Shown: positions 1-11,747, numbered from the stretch's first letter. The stretch is 64,000 nucleotides of DNA from Octopus sinensis (GCF_006345805.1 NC_043017.1:18414001-18478000), one strand, 5' to 3'. Translations and numbers: made by a program. Notes: a model not told the origin generated them from the letters alone.

Positions 1-893
1 GAGGGAACAGTTATGGCTGGAACATCTTTGCTTATAGTTCTGATAGGTGAGAAATAACCACAATGAAGAACACAGTTTAGTTCTAGATACTCCTATGTCT
101 GAATAACATGGGATAGTCACAGTCGGAACGTCTCATTGCATGTTGGATGAATCAGAGCTAACTTGAAGTTAATCATAATTATCCACTTTCTCCATGCTCG
201 CATCGGTCAAACAGACTGGCCAGAGGCCCTTGTCAACCGTCACTTGTGTCCATATAAGGTAATATTTCTCATTGACCAGCCATATCTTGGGGATTGAGAG
301 CAAAAAAAAAGGGACACTGAATGACAGTGACACTTGTTTACAACGGGGTACATATGTAAGAGGAGGGGGAGGAGGAATGGTTACATTGCAGCTGAGTGGT
401 TAACAAGCTTGCTTCCCAACCATGTTCAGCAAAAAGTTTAGCCAAGTTTCTTCTAGTACAGTCCCAGGTAAAACAAAGCCCTGTGAAGGGATTTGGTAGA
501 TGGGCTCGCAAATAAGCCTGTCAAATTTGTGTATGTGTGTACATCTGTGTTGATATCATTTGATAGTTGCAAACAAACATCCTTCTCACACAAGCAGTGC
601 TATTCATTTTCAGTCTTCCATGCATGATACAACATGTCTGGCCATGAGGAAACATTACCTTGCTTGGAAACAGTTGAAGGCTAACTACAGAACGGGGTAA
701 CTGACCATAGAAAACCTGCCACAACAAAATTCATCTAACTCATACAAGTATGCAAATGTGGACATTAAAACAATGATAATTAATGACAATTAAGCAGTGC
801 TGTATTTGCACTGCCCAACCAATTCTTCTACAAACAACAGCAGCAAAGACATAAAAATTGGAAGACAGAGACAAATTAAAGTGCCACCCTTAC

Positions 894-1059
894 CTGTAGG
901 AACACCAGGAGGGACGCCCATAGGAACTGGCATCGGGGGTCTGGCCATAATGGCATTGTTCGGTACAGGTGGGCCTTGGTTCATTATCATTGACTGAGAG
1001 GAGTTTCCATTGTCTGGTTGTTCTGATGGAGGAGACTTCCGCTGACCAGGGACATCCTG
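894..1059 (-). CDS. NABP2: SOSS complex subunit B (NABP1/2, SSB1/2-like), coding exon 5 (Pro/Met-rich tail; gene continues left of the window)
   Basis: Acceptor TTGCAG|CAG GAT (NAGNAG), donor ACA G|GTAAGG; peptide QDVPGQRKSPPSEQ...GVPPGVPT; phase 0 matches the upstream exon. Confidence 0.75.
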
Positions 1060-2523
1060 CTGCAATAGAAAAGCACTTCATTTTAAAAGCTAATTAACTG
1101 AATCCTGATTATCTCAACACAAAAAGAAAGGCATGGATTGTTGAAGGTACTTGACAGGATCCACTAGGGCTGTGTAGTGTGTCCAAGTTAACAGGGTACC
1201 AGATACTCAACAGAGAAGGGTTACAGGCACTGTAGTGTGCCCAAGTCAAAAGGGCACCAGATATTCTGAGATAAGGTTCACTGGTGTTGTGTAATGTACC
1301 CAATACTCACATAAGGGGTCATCAGTGAATGAGTGGGATGGTTGATGCTTTAAGCCTCGGTCAGCAGTAACCCAGCACTTATGATCAAAGACATTCCAGC
1401 AGTGACCATCCTGTTAAACTCCTCACACACACACACTTGCTCACACAGACGAGCATACCCAAGACTACACCATTCAACATAACCATCCTCTTCAAAACAT
1501 TAGACTGTCATTGGGAGTCATATTTAGCTACTGTTTCTATTAGATTGCTTGAAACAACTGGCTGGCGTCTTTCCTGTTCCGAGTGCAAAATCGACGAGTA
1601 AAGCCAGAGTTTATCTGCAACATAGTGACAGCATCTGGTGATATTTGAACCGGTGTCCTTGTGATCCATTGTCCAACAACATACTAGTTCTCAATCTTTT
1701 GCATTTTATGCCACATTGCAATTTAAAAATGCAGAAATCTATTATCCCGTTTCAGTAATCGTACTTCCATTTAACCCTTTATTTTAACCATATTTCTGCT
1801 GAAAAACACTGTCTTTGTTTCAATTAATTTTGACAAAGAATTTAGCAAATTAACTTTTACCATTATTCAACTGGTGTTTGGAACCCAAAATGAATTAGAA
1901 ATTTTGGAAGGTTTTAATTAATATCACATCAAAACGGGGAATTTATGGATGTGTATCAAAAGGGTTGATTCAAGACGATGATGAAGGGAATTGTCTGGGA
2001 TATGCACTGGAATTGAACTTATGGTTATAAAATAGGCTTCTTAACCACCCAGCCATACCAGAGTCCATATAGGAAGGACATCAATAGTAGAAACAATGCC
2101 AGTCCAGACTTTAGTTTTGCGGTTAGCAGCAAGAAGGACATCAATCAAAAACCACCTCCAGCCCATGCAAGGATTGAAGAGAGAAAATGTTAAAAGGAAA
2201 CAAAAGTTTCTGAAAGAACAGCATGAAGATCACAGCTTCCACACCATTACCCCATTTCATTAACACTGTTTCATGCTTGCATGAGTTGAAATTTAATGAA
2301 ACAAACTTTTCTGTGGCTGGATGCCCTTCCTGTCACTAACCCCCACCTATTTCTAAGCAAAGAAATATTCCCTCATGGCTGAAAAATTTGAAATCTGGGC
2401 ACCACATGCATTTCCACTGGGATTCAACCCAAAGCTATGTTATTGGGGAGCAAACTTCTTACCACAGAACCACACCTGGGCCTTCAATTAATTATCCAGA
2501 ATATTCCAAAAAGAAAGAAGTAC

Positions 2524-2581
2524 CTTGAAATCTAAATTGGCTTCACTCATGTTTGGTGTCTCAATAAACTGCATCGTGAAT
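2524..2581 (-). CDS. NABP2: SOSS-B/NABP coding exon 4
   Basis: TTCCAG|A TTC ACG ATG CAG TTT ATT GAG ACA CCA AAC ATG AGT GAA...AAG|GTACTT = (E)FTMQFIETPNMSEANLDFK, resembling the NABP motif EFCMVYSEVPNFSEPN. Confidence 0.85.
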
Positions 2582-3545
2582 CTGGAAAGGAGAAAAATGA
2601 AACAGAACAAAACAAGAAACATTAGATATAAAATGGCAGCCAAAGAATACAAGGAAGAAAAACAACAGATTACAGAAATAGCCCTCCACCCTGATTGCTC
2701 CCATCCACTCTAATGTGCATAACCATGCAACCTCTCAACAGCAAGAAACCTGTTCTGTTTGGGCCCTTTCACTTTAACCTCTCATTTCCAAGCAAAGTGC
2801 CACATCCCTCTCTACTGTAACCCCACTTAGGGTTTCAAAAAGGCACCCCATACAATCTGTATTGTTGGTATTAGAAAGGGCATCCAGCTGTAGAAAGCAT
2901 GCCAAAAGAGACATTGGGGCCTGATGCAACTCCGTAGCTCATTGGATCCCGTCAAACTAACTCATACCAGCACAGAAAATGGATGTGAAAAGATGACCCC
3001 ACACACACAATCTCCTTTAAAAACATGTACACATATTTGCTTCAAGCAAACAGACAGGAACATATTGGAGAACAATGAGAACAGAACCAATTCTAACATT
3101 ATAAAATTGGTTTCTGTTGTCATAGTGAGGACTTGTTGCTGTGGTGATTAATGATGGTGGTTCAAGTGAGTTGTCCAACTTGCTACCCAAAGAAAAAAAA
3201 AAGAGTACGTTTGATGATGTACAAAAGAGAAATAAACAACAGCATTACCACAGCTGGAAAGCAACGATCGCAGATCTCTTTTGCCACCACACAATCTCCT
3301 AAAAATAGCAACCAAAAAATCCCTAAATCCCATCTTGTCTTCAAAAAATAAAAAGGTAAGATGGGATGGTCATGGGGCTAACCATACATAATCTCTACCA
3401 AGGTTAAATAACAGAAACATCAAATATTGTTATGCTAATCCTTCATCTGACATTGAGCTGTCTTCAAACTGTGTGTGGGGGGTTATCAATGAGGCAAACC
3501 CCACCATTAGACATACAGTGCAACAACAACAACCACATTACTTAC

Positions 3546-3617
3546 TCTCCCATTTTGGTGATTTCACCATTCTTGCCAGTATACAGTGTCAAACATCCTT
3601 TCCAAAGTGAGGAATAA
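3546..3617 (-). CDS. NABP2: SOSS-B/NABP coding exon 3
   Basis: TATAG|T TAT TCC...GGA GA|GTAAGT = (G)[23 protein letters not shown](E), the conserved OB-fold KGCLTLYTG motif. Confidence 0.9.
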
Positions 3618-4412
3618 CTATAAAGAAACAACAAATGAAATAGATTTATTTTAACCAATCAACAAGGGTTCCACACACACACACACACATTGACACTCCA
3701 GTCTGATGAGGGAAGGAAGACTGCTGTGAGTGCAGCTGTATTCTGTCTCTAAATGCAAGAGTCGATGCCTCATCAGGGAGTGAAATAGCTGTAAGGTTTC
3801 CAGCCTTCTCTACTGCAACATCAAAACTGCCCAAAGCCACTTGCTGATGTCAGTTAAACTCCCTTACACAACAGCACACCTTAAAACAGAAAAATAGAGC
3901 TGCAATACTACTGTTGCTGTTTATTCTTAAGTTTAACCCTTTTGTTAGCACATTTCTGTTGAAATATGCAGACTTTGTTTCAATTAATTGTAAAAATTGA
4001 AAATTTAAACTGATCTAGTCCCTCCTCTTAGGCTGTAGTTTGGAACATAAACATGAAATTTTAATTTAGATAATTCTTAATTCTAAAACAAGTTAATATC
4101 ATCTGAACAGCATTAGGCTGAGGTGGTTTGGCATTAAAAGTGTTCAACATGAAAAATTTAATAGAAGCAGTATCTGGTGAGTTGTATTGAAAAGAAAAAG
4201 AGCATCTAAGACAACACGGCCTCACTAAATATGCCTAAAAAATTGGGATGGTCATGGCTGGAATGCAGTTGACTAGGGTTGACTTTAAGCTAAGCAACAA
4301 CATGGCTGTTTGGTTAAAACGTTTTTCTATCAAGTCACTGAGTTTAATCACATCATAGAGCTCCTGGTGGCTCTGGTCAACACAAACTGTAAATGTAACT
4401 GGCCGTTTTCCA

Positions 4413-4566
4413 TGTACCCTCAGCTCTCATAATCTACGTCACAGGCTCCCTCTCAGTGACAGCCACTATCACACACTCACACACACATACATAAATGCAT
4501 ACACACATTTATACAGCAGCTGTTCACTGAGTGAACCTCAAGTCAGGTTTCTCATCATTGGGTACA
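4413..4566 (-). ncRNA. Box C/D guide RNA (scaRNA-like, SNORD97/SCARNA97-like), copy 1; predicted guide for Cm34 of elongator tRNA-Met
   Basis: Minus strand: terminal stem TGTACCC/GGGTACA, box C ATGATGA, box D CTGA preceded by AGATTATGAGAG, internal hairpin with GU-repeat apex; intronic and sense to the SOSS-B host. Confidence 0.85.
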
Positions 4567-5378
4567 AGAAATATTCTACATCAAGTTACAATTGTACTGA
4601 CCAAGTGTTTCTTCTAACCACACAGAATACAAGCATTCAACCACATGGTTTCAGGTTCCTTTTTACTGCATGGCACCTTGGGCAAGTGTCTCCTACTGTA
4701 GCCCCAAATCAACCAAACCATTATGAGTGGATTTGCTAAATGGAAACTGGAAGTCCACCACAATTTTTTATATATATATATGCTTAAAAATTACCTTTGA
4801 ATTGCTGGGTGTCAAGCCAGTCTCTTGCAACCACAAGTTTCATCTATAGGTATAAAGGATCTGCAGGCAATTTATGATTGAAGGTAATGAATCTCATACA
4901 CACCCGAACATACATATACACTTGTATAACCTTTGAAATTAACATACCTGAAATTGCCCCTGGTTTTAAAGCGATCTAAATTCAAACTACCCATTAAAAT
5001 TTCATGTCATGTCCAAAACAAGTTTAATAATGACAGATATTTTACTAAATTACTCTTTTTTTTTCTTCAAAATAATTCAAAGTCTGGGTATTTTAACAGA
5101 AATACAGGAACAAAATGGTTTCACCCTTTAGCATTGAAATTCCTCAGTTAAAAATATTGCCTATTTATTCAAATTGTGTTTAGCTAATCATGCATTTAGT
5201 AGCTTTGAGATTTCAGTGATGTAAAAGTTTATTTTGAAAATGACATTGTAGGGTAAGTGTGAGAGGCTGGACATAGCTAAAGAGTTAAGAGAATGCAACC
5301 CTCACTCAAGATTACATCCAGTCTCTCTCTGCTTGTAAAGACACCCCACCATGAGTGTTAAAACATGCAAGTTTTCTA

Positions 5379-5532
5379 TGTACCCTCAGCTCTCATAATC
5401 TGTGTCATTGGCTCCCTCTCAGTAGCAGCCACTATCACACACTCACACGTACAGCCTCACACACACACACACATATATACAGCAGCTATCCACTGAGTGA
5501 ACCTCAAGTTCTGTTTCTCATCATTGGGTACA
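5379..5532 (-). ncRNA. Box C/D guide RNA (SNORD97/SCARNA97-like), copy 2
   Basis: Same boxes, stem and guide (CAGATTATGAGAG-CTGA); most diverged copy, with compensatory changes in the internal stem. Confidence 0.83.
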
Positions 5533-6417
5533 TGAAACTACAATATTTGTCCCACCCCAACCTTAAAGCAACATATCTACCCTTATTACAGTAATACAAG
5601 CCAACCTCGAGGTTGTGAAAATAGCAGCTGCATGTCCCCCACAGAAATTGTAGTGCCATACAAGTCAGGATGGTCATGGCTGGAACGCCTTTAAAAAGGT
5701 CTTGTCAACCTATTTGATCTGCGGCTACAATATGGTAGTATGGTTAAGAAATTCAATTTGCTATGACTAGAACAACAGAACTGTCATCGTAAGTTACCTC
5801 CCTTGTCTGTTAATTCAAGCCATGTGAGTTAACAAAACTAAATGGAAACTGTGTGGAAGCCTGTCAGACTGCTTCTGTTCTCGTGTACCATTAATGCTGT
5901 ACATCCTGCTGGAAGACTTCATAACCACTGCTTGGTTTTCAGATATCAATCTTTTCTTCCATTAATCATAGCTGCTACTCGTCTCCTGTCGAGAACTACT
6001 ATAAGTATATCCACGCATGGGCCCGGTGGTTAAGCTCGCTTCGTAACCCCATGGTTTCCGGTTCAGCCCTCCTGTGCAGCATCTCAAGCGTCTTCTTTCG
6101 CCCTAGCCATAACCCAATAACTTGAGTGAATTTGGTAGATGGAAACTGCATAGAAGCGCATCGTGTTTATATTACGTATCTCTATTTGTCTCCACCACCA
6201 TTGGTTTGTTTACATTCCCTTTACTGGTTTGGCAAAATAGATTAATAGAATAAGGACGGGACTTGCCAAATTGTTTTAGTGGAATATTTTAAGATATTTT
6301 GTGTACTACTTAACCTCATGACGTCCCCTTCAGGAATTTCACATTCCTAACCATAACACCAAGGGGTCGTACCTAGACATTAGCCAGGGTGTGGAAGGAG
6401 TTTTGTATTTTTTTCAA

Positions 6418-6571
6418 TGTACCCTCAGCTCTCATAATCTGCGTCACAGGCTCCCTCTCAGTAACAGTCACTATCACACACTCGCACATACATAAATGCA
6501 TTCACTCACACATTTATACAGCAGCTGTTCACTGAGTGAACCTCAAGTCAGGTTTCTCATCATTGGGTACA
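6418..6571 (-). ncRNA. Box C/D guide RNA (SNORD97/SCARNA97-like), copy 3
   Basis: Same boxes, stem and guide; 12-nt complement to TCTCATAATCTG. Confidence 0.85.
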
Positions 6572-7010
6572 AGGAATATTCTACAAAAAGTTACAAATGT
6601 ACTGACGAAAGCAGTTATTTGTTCTACCCCTACAACGGTATTCACTTTTATAGCACGTGCTTACATCCTAATTCTGCTCGATAAAAAGTACCACAGAACA
6701 AAGTAACAGCTAAATCGGCGATCATTCGGTATTGTCTCCAGATTGCCGATATGAGACATCAATTAATTTCTTTTTCAGCCTAGTCTATTTGTCTAGGTCT
6801 TGTGTGGGTACGCATACACACACAATACCCAGGACACTAGTTCTGAGGTGCTATGCAAACACAACCAAAGTAGAAAAAAAAATGTGGTAAAGGGAGGGAA
6901 CTCTAGCGACTTAGGTTGACCCCCCCCCCGCTCCCTCCTCAATAATTATAAAGGGGCCAAGTACACCCTTCAGGAAAGGTTACGATCACTTAGTCCTTGA
7001 TTGGTACCTA

Positions 7011-7496
<486 letters not shown>

Positions 7497-8281
7497 TTAA
7501 ATACATGAAACAATTTGAAATCCCTGCATATATCTAAGTAAAACTACATTACCTAGCCACTCGCCATTTGATAGTGAGTGCGTATTGTAATAGATTAAAT
7601 TCCTATGAACCCCATTAACTACCTCGAAACAAGGTAACGCCAACCACCCATCTTATACACTTTTACAACTTTATAAAATATGTTATCAATGCACACAAAT
7701 CCCGACTTCCCTACTATATTAGTTACTAAAACGTCTTTGCTGTTCGATTGCGTACGCACGAGGTAAAAATAATATTAGCCGTTTTCTATAGGAACACAAG
7801 ACAAAGTGACTGTTTACCATGTGCTGTGCAAAGGTGTGTATATATATATATATATATATATACACAGACACACCAGCTCTTACACGCTGTTACATACCTA
7901 GAGAGAGAGGACCCTTCCATAGTCAGCTAGAACCAGTAAAATAGAAGATAAATATAGATAAATGTAGCACCACCAGACATGCCCCCAACTCAACCAATCA
8001 GGACGATTCCATTAGTTCACCACTACCAACCAATCGCCCGTCACAACACTATCCTCCACCACCCCCTGCTTCGTCTAAAAATGGACTCTTCCATGTCAGC
8101 AGATAATTTTAAAGACACCGTATCACAAGTAGAATATGTATATACATATACACATATATACACACATAATATTACGAGACCACCACCCCGGGTTGGGGGA
8201 GGGAATCGGGGTGCAATTAGGGTGTAGTTAAGTTACGCACGTTGACGGCTGTTTTTTTTTCTGTTTGTGTGTATTACCTAC

Positions 8282-8369
8282 CTATTTCCAGAACAATAAA
8301 AGCAACATTAAGACTCTTCAGACCAGGTCTTATGTCTTTGATTTGCATAAATGCAGGATGGCCGTCCAT
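8282..8369 (-). CDS. NABP2: SOSS-B/NABP coding exon 1 (start codon)
   Basis: ATG at 8369; MDGHPAFMQIKDIRPGLKSLNVAFIVLEI(G)|GTAGGT matches the NABP N-terminal KDIKPGLKNLNxxFIVLEIG pattern. Confidence 0.9.
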
Positions 8370-8431
8370 CGAAATATTAAAAAAAAAAAAATTAAAGGAA
8401 ATATAAATATCACAAACACACACCCCGACTA

Positions 8432-8731
8432 CCGGAAGTCGTGAAAAAAATGCCAAGTTGGACTACTTCCGTTATGGAAGGACAAGAAAAAAATTATGTA
8501 AGAAAAAAAAATCAAGTTCCGTTTCGGTCCCCCCCTATCTATCTTATAAGCCGCCTCAGGTATCAATTATGTTGGTTGAATGTCCGAGAAATCAGAAAGC
8601 TTCATATTGCTGTTGCTTATAAACAAATAAATAAAGACTACTACTAAGGATGAAGCGAAAGTATAAATCGTTTTGTCAGTGAAGGGCGGGAAAGAAACAT
8701 AAAATGGCGTTCAGTGGAAGTCAGCCATTTT
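8432..8731. promoter_or_regulatory. Probable housekeeping promoter region of SOSS-B
   Basis: ETS-type CCGGAAGT (8432-8439) and ACTTCCG (8465-8471); YY1-type AAAATGGCG (8701-8709) and GCCATTTT (8724-8731); locally more CpG, just upstream of the ATG. Confidence 0.45.
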
Positions 8732-9245
8732 TTCCCCCACCCTTTAATGTGACAAGACAAAGAAAAACTTTCAGTAATTATAAATATCTCTGAAAATAAA
8801 TCTGTAGTACGCCACGGCTTCGCTTCTTTTCCGTCTTTCTATAAAGACGATCAACGCAATAGATGACAACAGGAAGGCAGTGGGAGACTAATATAGAAGT
8901 GTAAAAAAAAAAAAAAAAAAATGGCTAAGGCTACTATACAACTACGGCTAAATGTTTGCTTGTAAATGACCCAAAGAGAAAAACAACAGGGAGGCTTTCT
9001 TTCCTAAAGACAAGCGTTATGGAGTATATATACGTCGAGTACCGGCTTAGAGTGTGAGTGAAGGTGTGAATGAGTAAGAGCGAGGACAGAAGTGAAGACG
9101 ATCACGGCTGCGGTCCTTCTGCCTCGTGTTGTAGAGGAGTCGATTTATAGCAGTTACATACGGGCATTTACACACAGGCGATGTATGTGTGTATATACAT
9201 ATATGTGTATGCTATAAACACATACGGGCATTTGTATAATATGGC

Positions 9246-9280
<35 letters not shown>

Positions 9281-9949
9281 GAATGTGGTGTGTATTTTTA
9301 TGTATGACTGCGCATGTATGTGGATATAATGTGTGTCTATGTATACGAGCGTGGATATAAAATATGAATATATATCTATACTAATATCTGCGTGCGTCTG
9401 TGGGAGCGTAGCTGTTAATGTATGCGTATATTTATGTAGGTGTATATGTACCAATGTGTGCGTGTGTAGCTATGAACACATACGGGCATTTTCACTATGT
9501 AGACGTATGTAGTTGTCAGTGTGTGTTTGTGTGTATGCGCGCGCAAGTTAACATACGGGCATTTTGAAAACTGAGGATGTAAATGCATCTTACTCTCTCT
9601 CTCTATATATATATATATGTTTATGTACGTGAGTATCTATCTGGATATGTATGTGTGAGTTGCTGCAAGTACATTAAAGATGTATGTGTCACTATAAGCA
9701 TATATGGGTGTATGTTTTATTCTGAGGAAGTATGTATCACCGTATGTGCGCATGTGTTACTATACATATATGGGTATTCATAATGTGAGATAGTGCGTAT
9801 CTATGTGTATGTATGCATAAATACATAACGCCCATGTTACATATATGTATGTGTCTATAAACACATACATATATGTATGCGTAGCCAGTGTGTGTTTGTG
9901 TATTTTTATAAGATATATGTATGTATGTGTGTGAATGCTGTCATTGGAG

Positions 9950-10665
9950 AAGGAAAGAATAACGGAATAATAGAGTAATTAAGCCATGGAAATAGGCTGA
10001 GGCACGACAGAAAAGAAGTAGGGATAGAGAGAATGAGGGAGAGCAATAAGGGGATGAGGAGAGAAAGAATAATATAGCTAAGAGAGAGAAAACGAAACGC
10101 AAAGAGGGATGATGTCAGAGAGAGTAAAGGGGTGAGGTGAGAGAGTAAGAAATAAATGAAAGGAGAGATGGAATAAGGATTAAGTAAACGAAGAGAAAGA
10201 CAGGAAAAAGTATAGGGAAGAAGGTTATGAATTACAGAGGGAGAGATGAAAGTGAGAGTAAGACAGGTAAACGGAGGGGAAGCGTGGAGAACGAGTAAGA
10301 GAATGAAGAGAGGAGAGTAAGAGAAAATAAAAGGGGGAATAACAGGAAAGATATAGAATTAAAGAAAAGAAAAAGTGAGAGAGAGATAGAAAGAAACAAA
10401 TAATGAGGTAAAGAGATACAAAGAAAGGGGAAAACGAATGTTAAAACAAAGGAGAAAAATAAAGAAGTGGAAGAAAGTTTAAGAAAAAGACAGGAGTCGG
10501 AACAGATGAGGAGAGAAAGAAAGTAGAAACGAAAGCGGAGGGGAAGGTCAGAAATGGAATAGAGTGCGAGAGAGAGACAGGAAAGGAAAAAGGAAGATGA
10601 GAAAAGAAAACATAAGATTAACAAATGGGAAGAAGCTGAGTAGAGGAGGAGAGAAAGATAAAAAA
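9950..10665. repeat. Purine-rich (GA-rich) low-complexity tract
   Basis: About 700 bp that is mostly A/G on the + strand. Confidence 0.8.
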
Positions 10666-11627
10666 AAGTAAACTATGGACGCATCGACTTCGTAATAAAT
10701 AGTGTGTGTTAGAGCAGTTGTTTAGCCCAAGGTCAGCCTTGATCGAGCAAACCAATGATAAAAGGCATTCCAATCGTGACCATTCTGTCTTTTAACTATG
10801 AACAAGAAACCTAAGATCTCTCTATTTAATAATCCAACGTGTCGCTTTAAAGTGAGGAGGATTTAGTTGCTGTTTCTAGCAGGTCGAGTGAACATCTACA
10901 AGCATCCTAGTCAACTAAAGACCAAACAGCAGATGATAGGGAGTGGGGGATAGTCCACTGTGCACACATACACACACACACACACACCACACACACGAGT
11001 GGCATGTAAAGTTCTGGAACATTTCAGTAAGAAGGGCGGCTTGGCAGAGTTGGACGAAGTGACTGCAGTATTTAAATACGGCACTGTACGTTCTGAGTTC
11101 AAATGACTGGTATCTGATATCGATAATGTACCAATAGAAATTCGGGTTAGGGAGAATTCACACACACACAAAAAAAAGACGAAGACAGGTAGTGTAGACA
11201 ACAAACAGATGTATTAGTTTAACGCTCAGTAAGTGAAGAAGAAGTTCCACAGAAATAAACAAGGAGAGAAAATAAAGAAGTGTAGTGGTTAGCAATCTAT
11301 CACATATATATATAGTATATATATATATATATATATAATATATATATAAATGCCTCACACTAGGAGGGACAAAGTCATTACTACCAAAATATAATAATTT
11401 ACTATGATTAGTATAATTTTGGTAGTAATGACTTTGTCCCTCCTAGTGAGGCATTTATGTGTAATAATGCCCTCTATACAATATAGATATAATTAATTTG
11501 TTCAAAGGAAAAAAATTATTTTCGAATTCTTTTCTTTTACGAGGTTTTCACGCTAGCTACCCGATAATTTCTTGTTAAGATCCCTTATTAAGAGATTATC
11601 CTTAATTGTTTAAACTATATATTATAT

Positions 11628-11685
<58 letters not shown>

Positions 11686-11696
11686 TATATAGAAGG

Positions 11697-11747
11697 AGCT
11701 TCTACAGGACTAGTACTGTTTCATTCAAGAGAAATCTTCAGGAAGCT
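11697..11747 (-). ncRNA. Type I hammerhead ribozyme motif (Penelope-like element associated), slightly degenerate
   Basis: AGCTTC-CTGAAGA-TTTC TCTT GAAT-GAAA-CAG TACTAGTC CTG-TA-GAAGCT; stem I 6 bp, GUA cleavage triplet, U-U mismatch at the base of stem II. Confidence 0.6.

Noticed and set aside
4413-6571. Three dispersed ~154-nt repeats read as a SINE/MITE or a CRISPR-like array
   Set aside because: No Pol III boxes, TSDs or copies elsewhere in the window; eukaryotic context with no cas genes; C/D boxes and a tRNA-complementary guide explain them better.
10232-10624. 130-aa hydrophobic F/L/S-rich ORF resembling a membrane protein
   Set aside because: Antisense translation of the GA-rich low-complexity tract.
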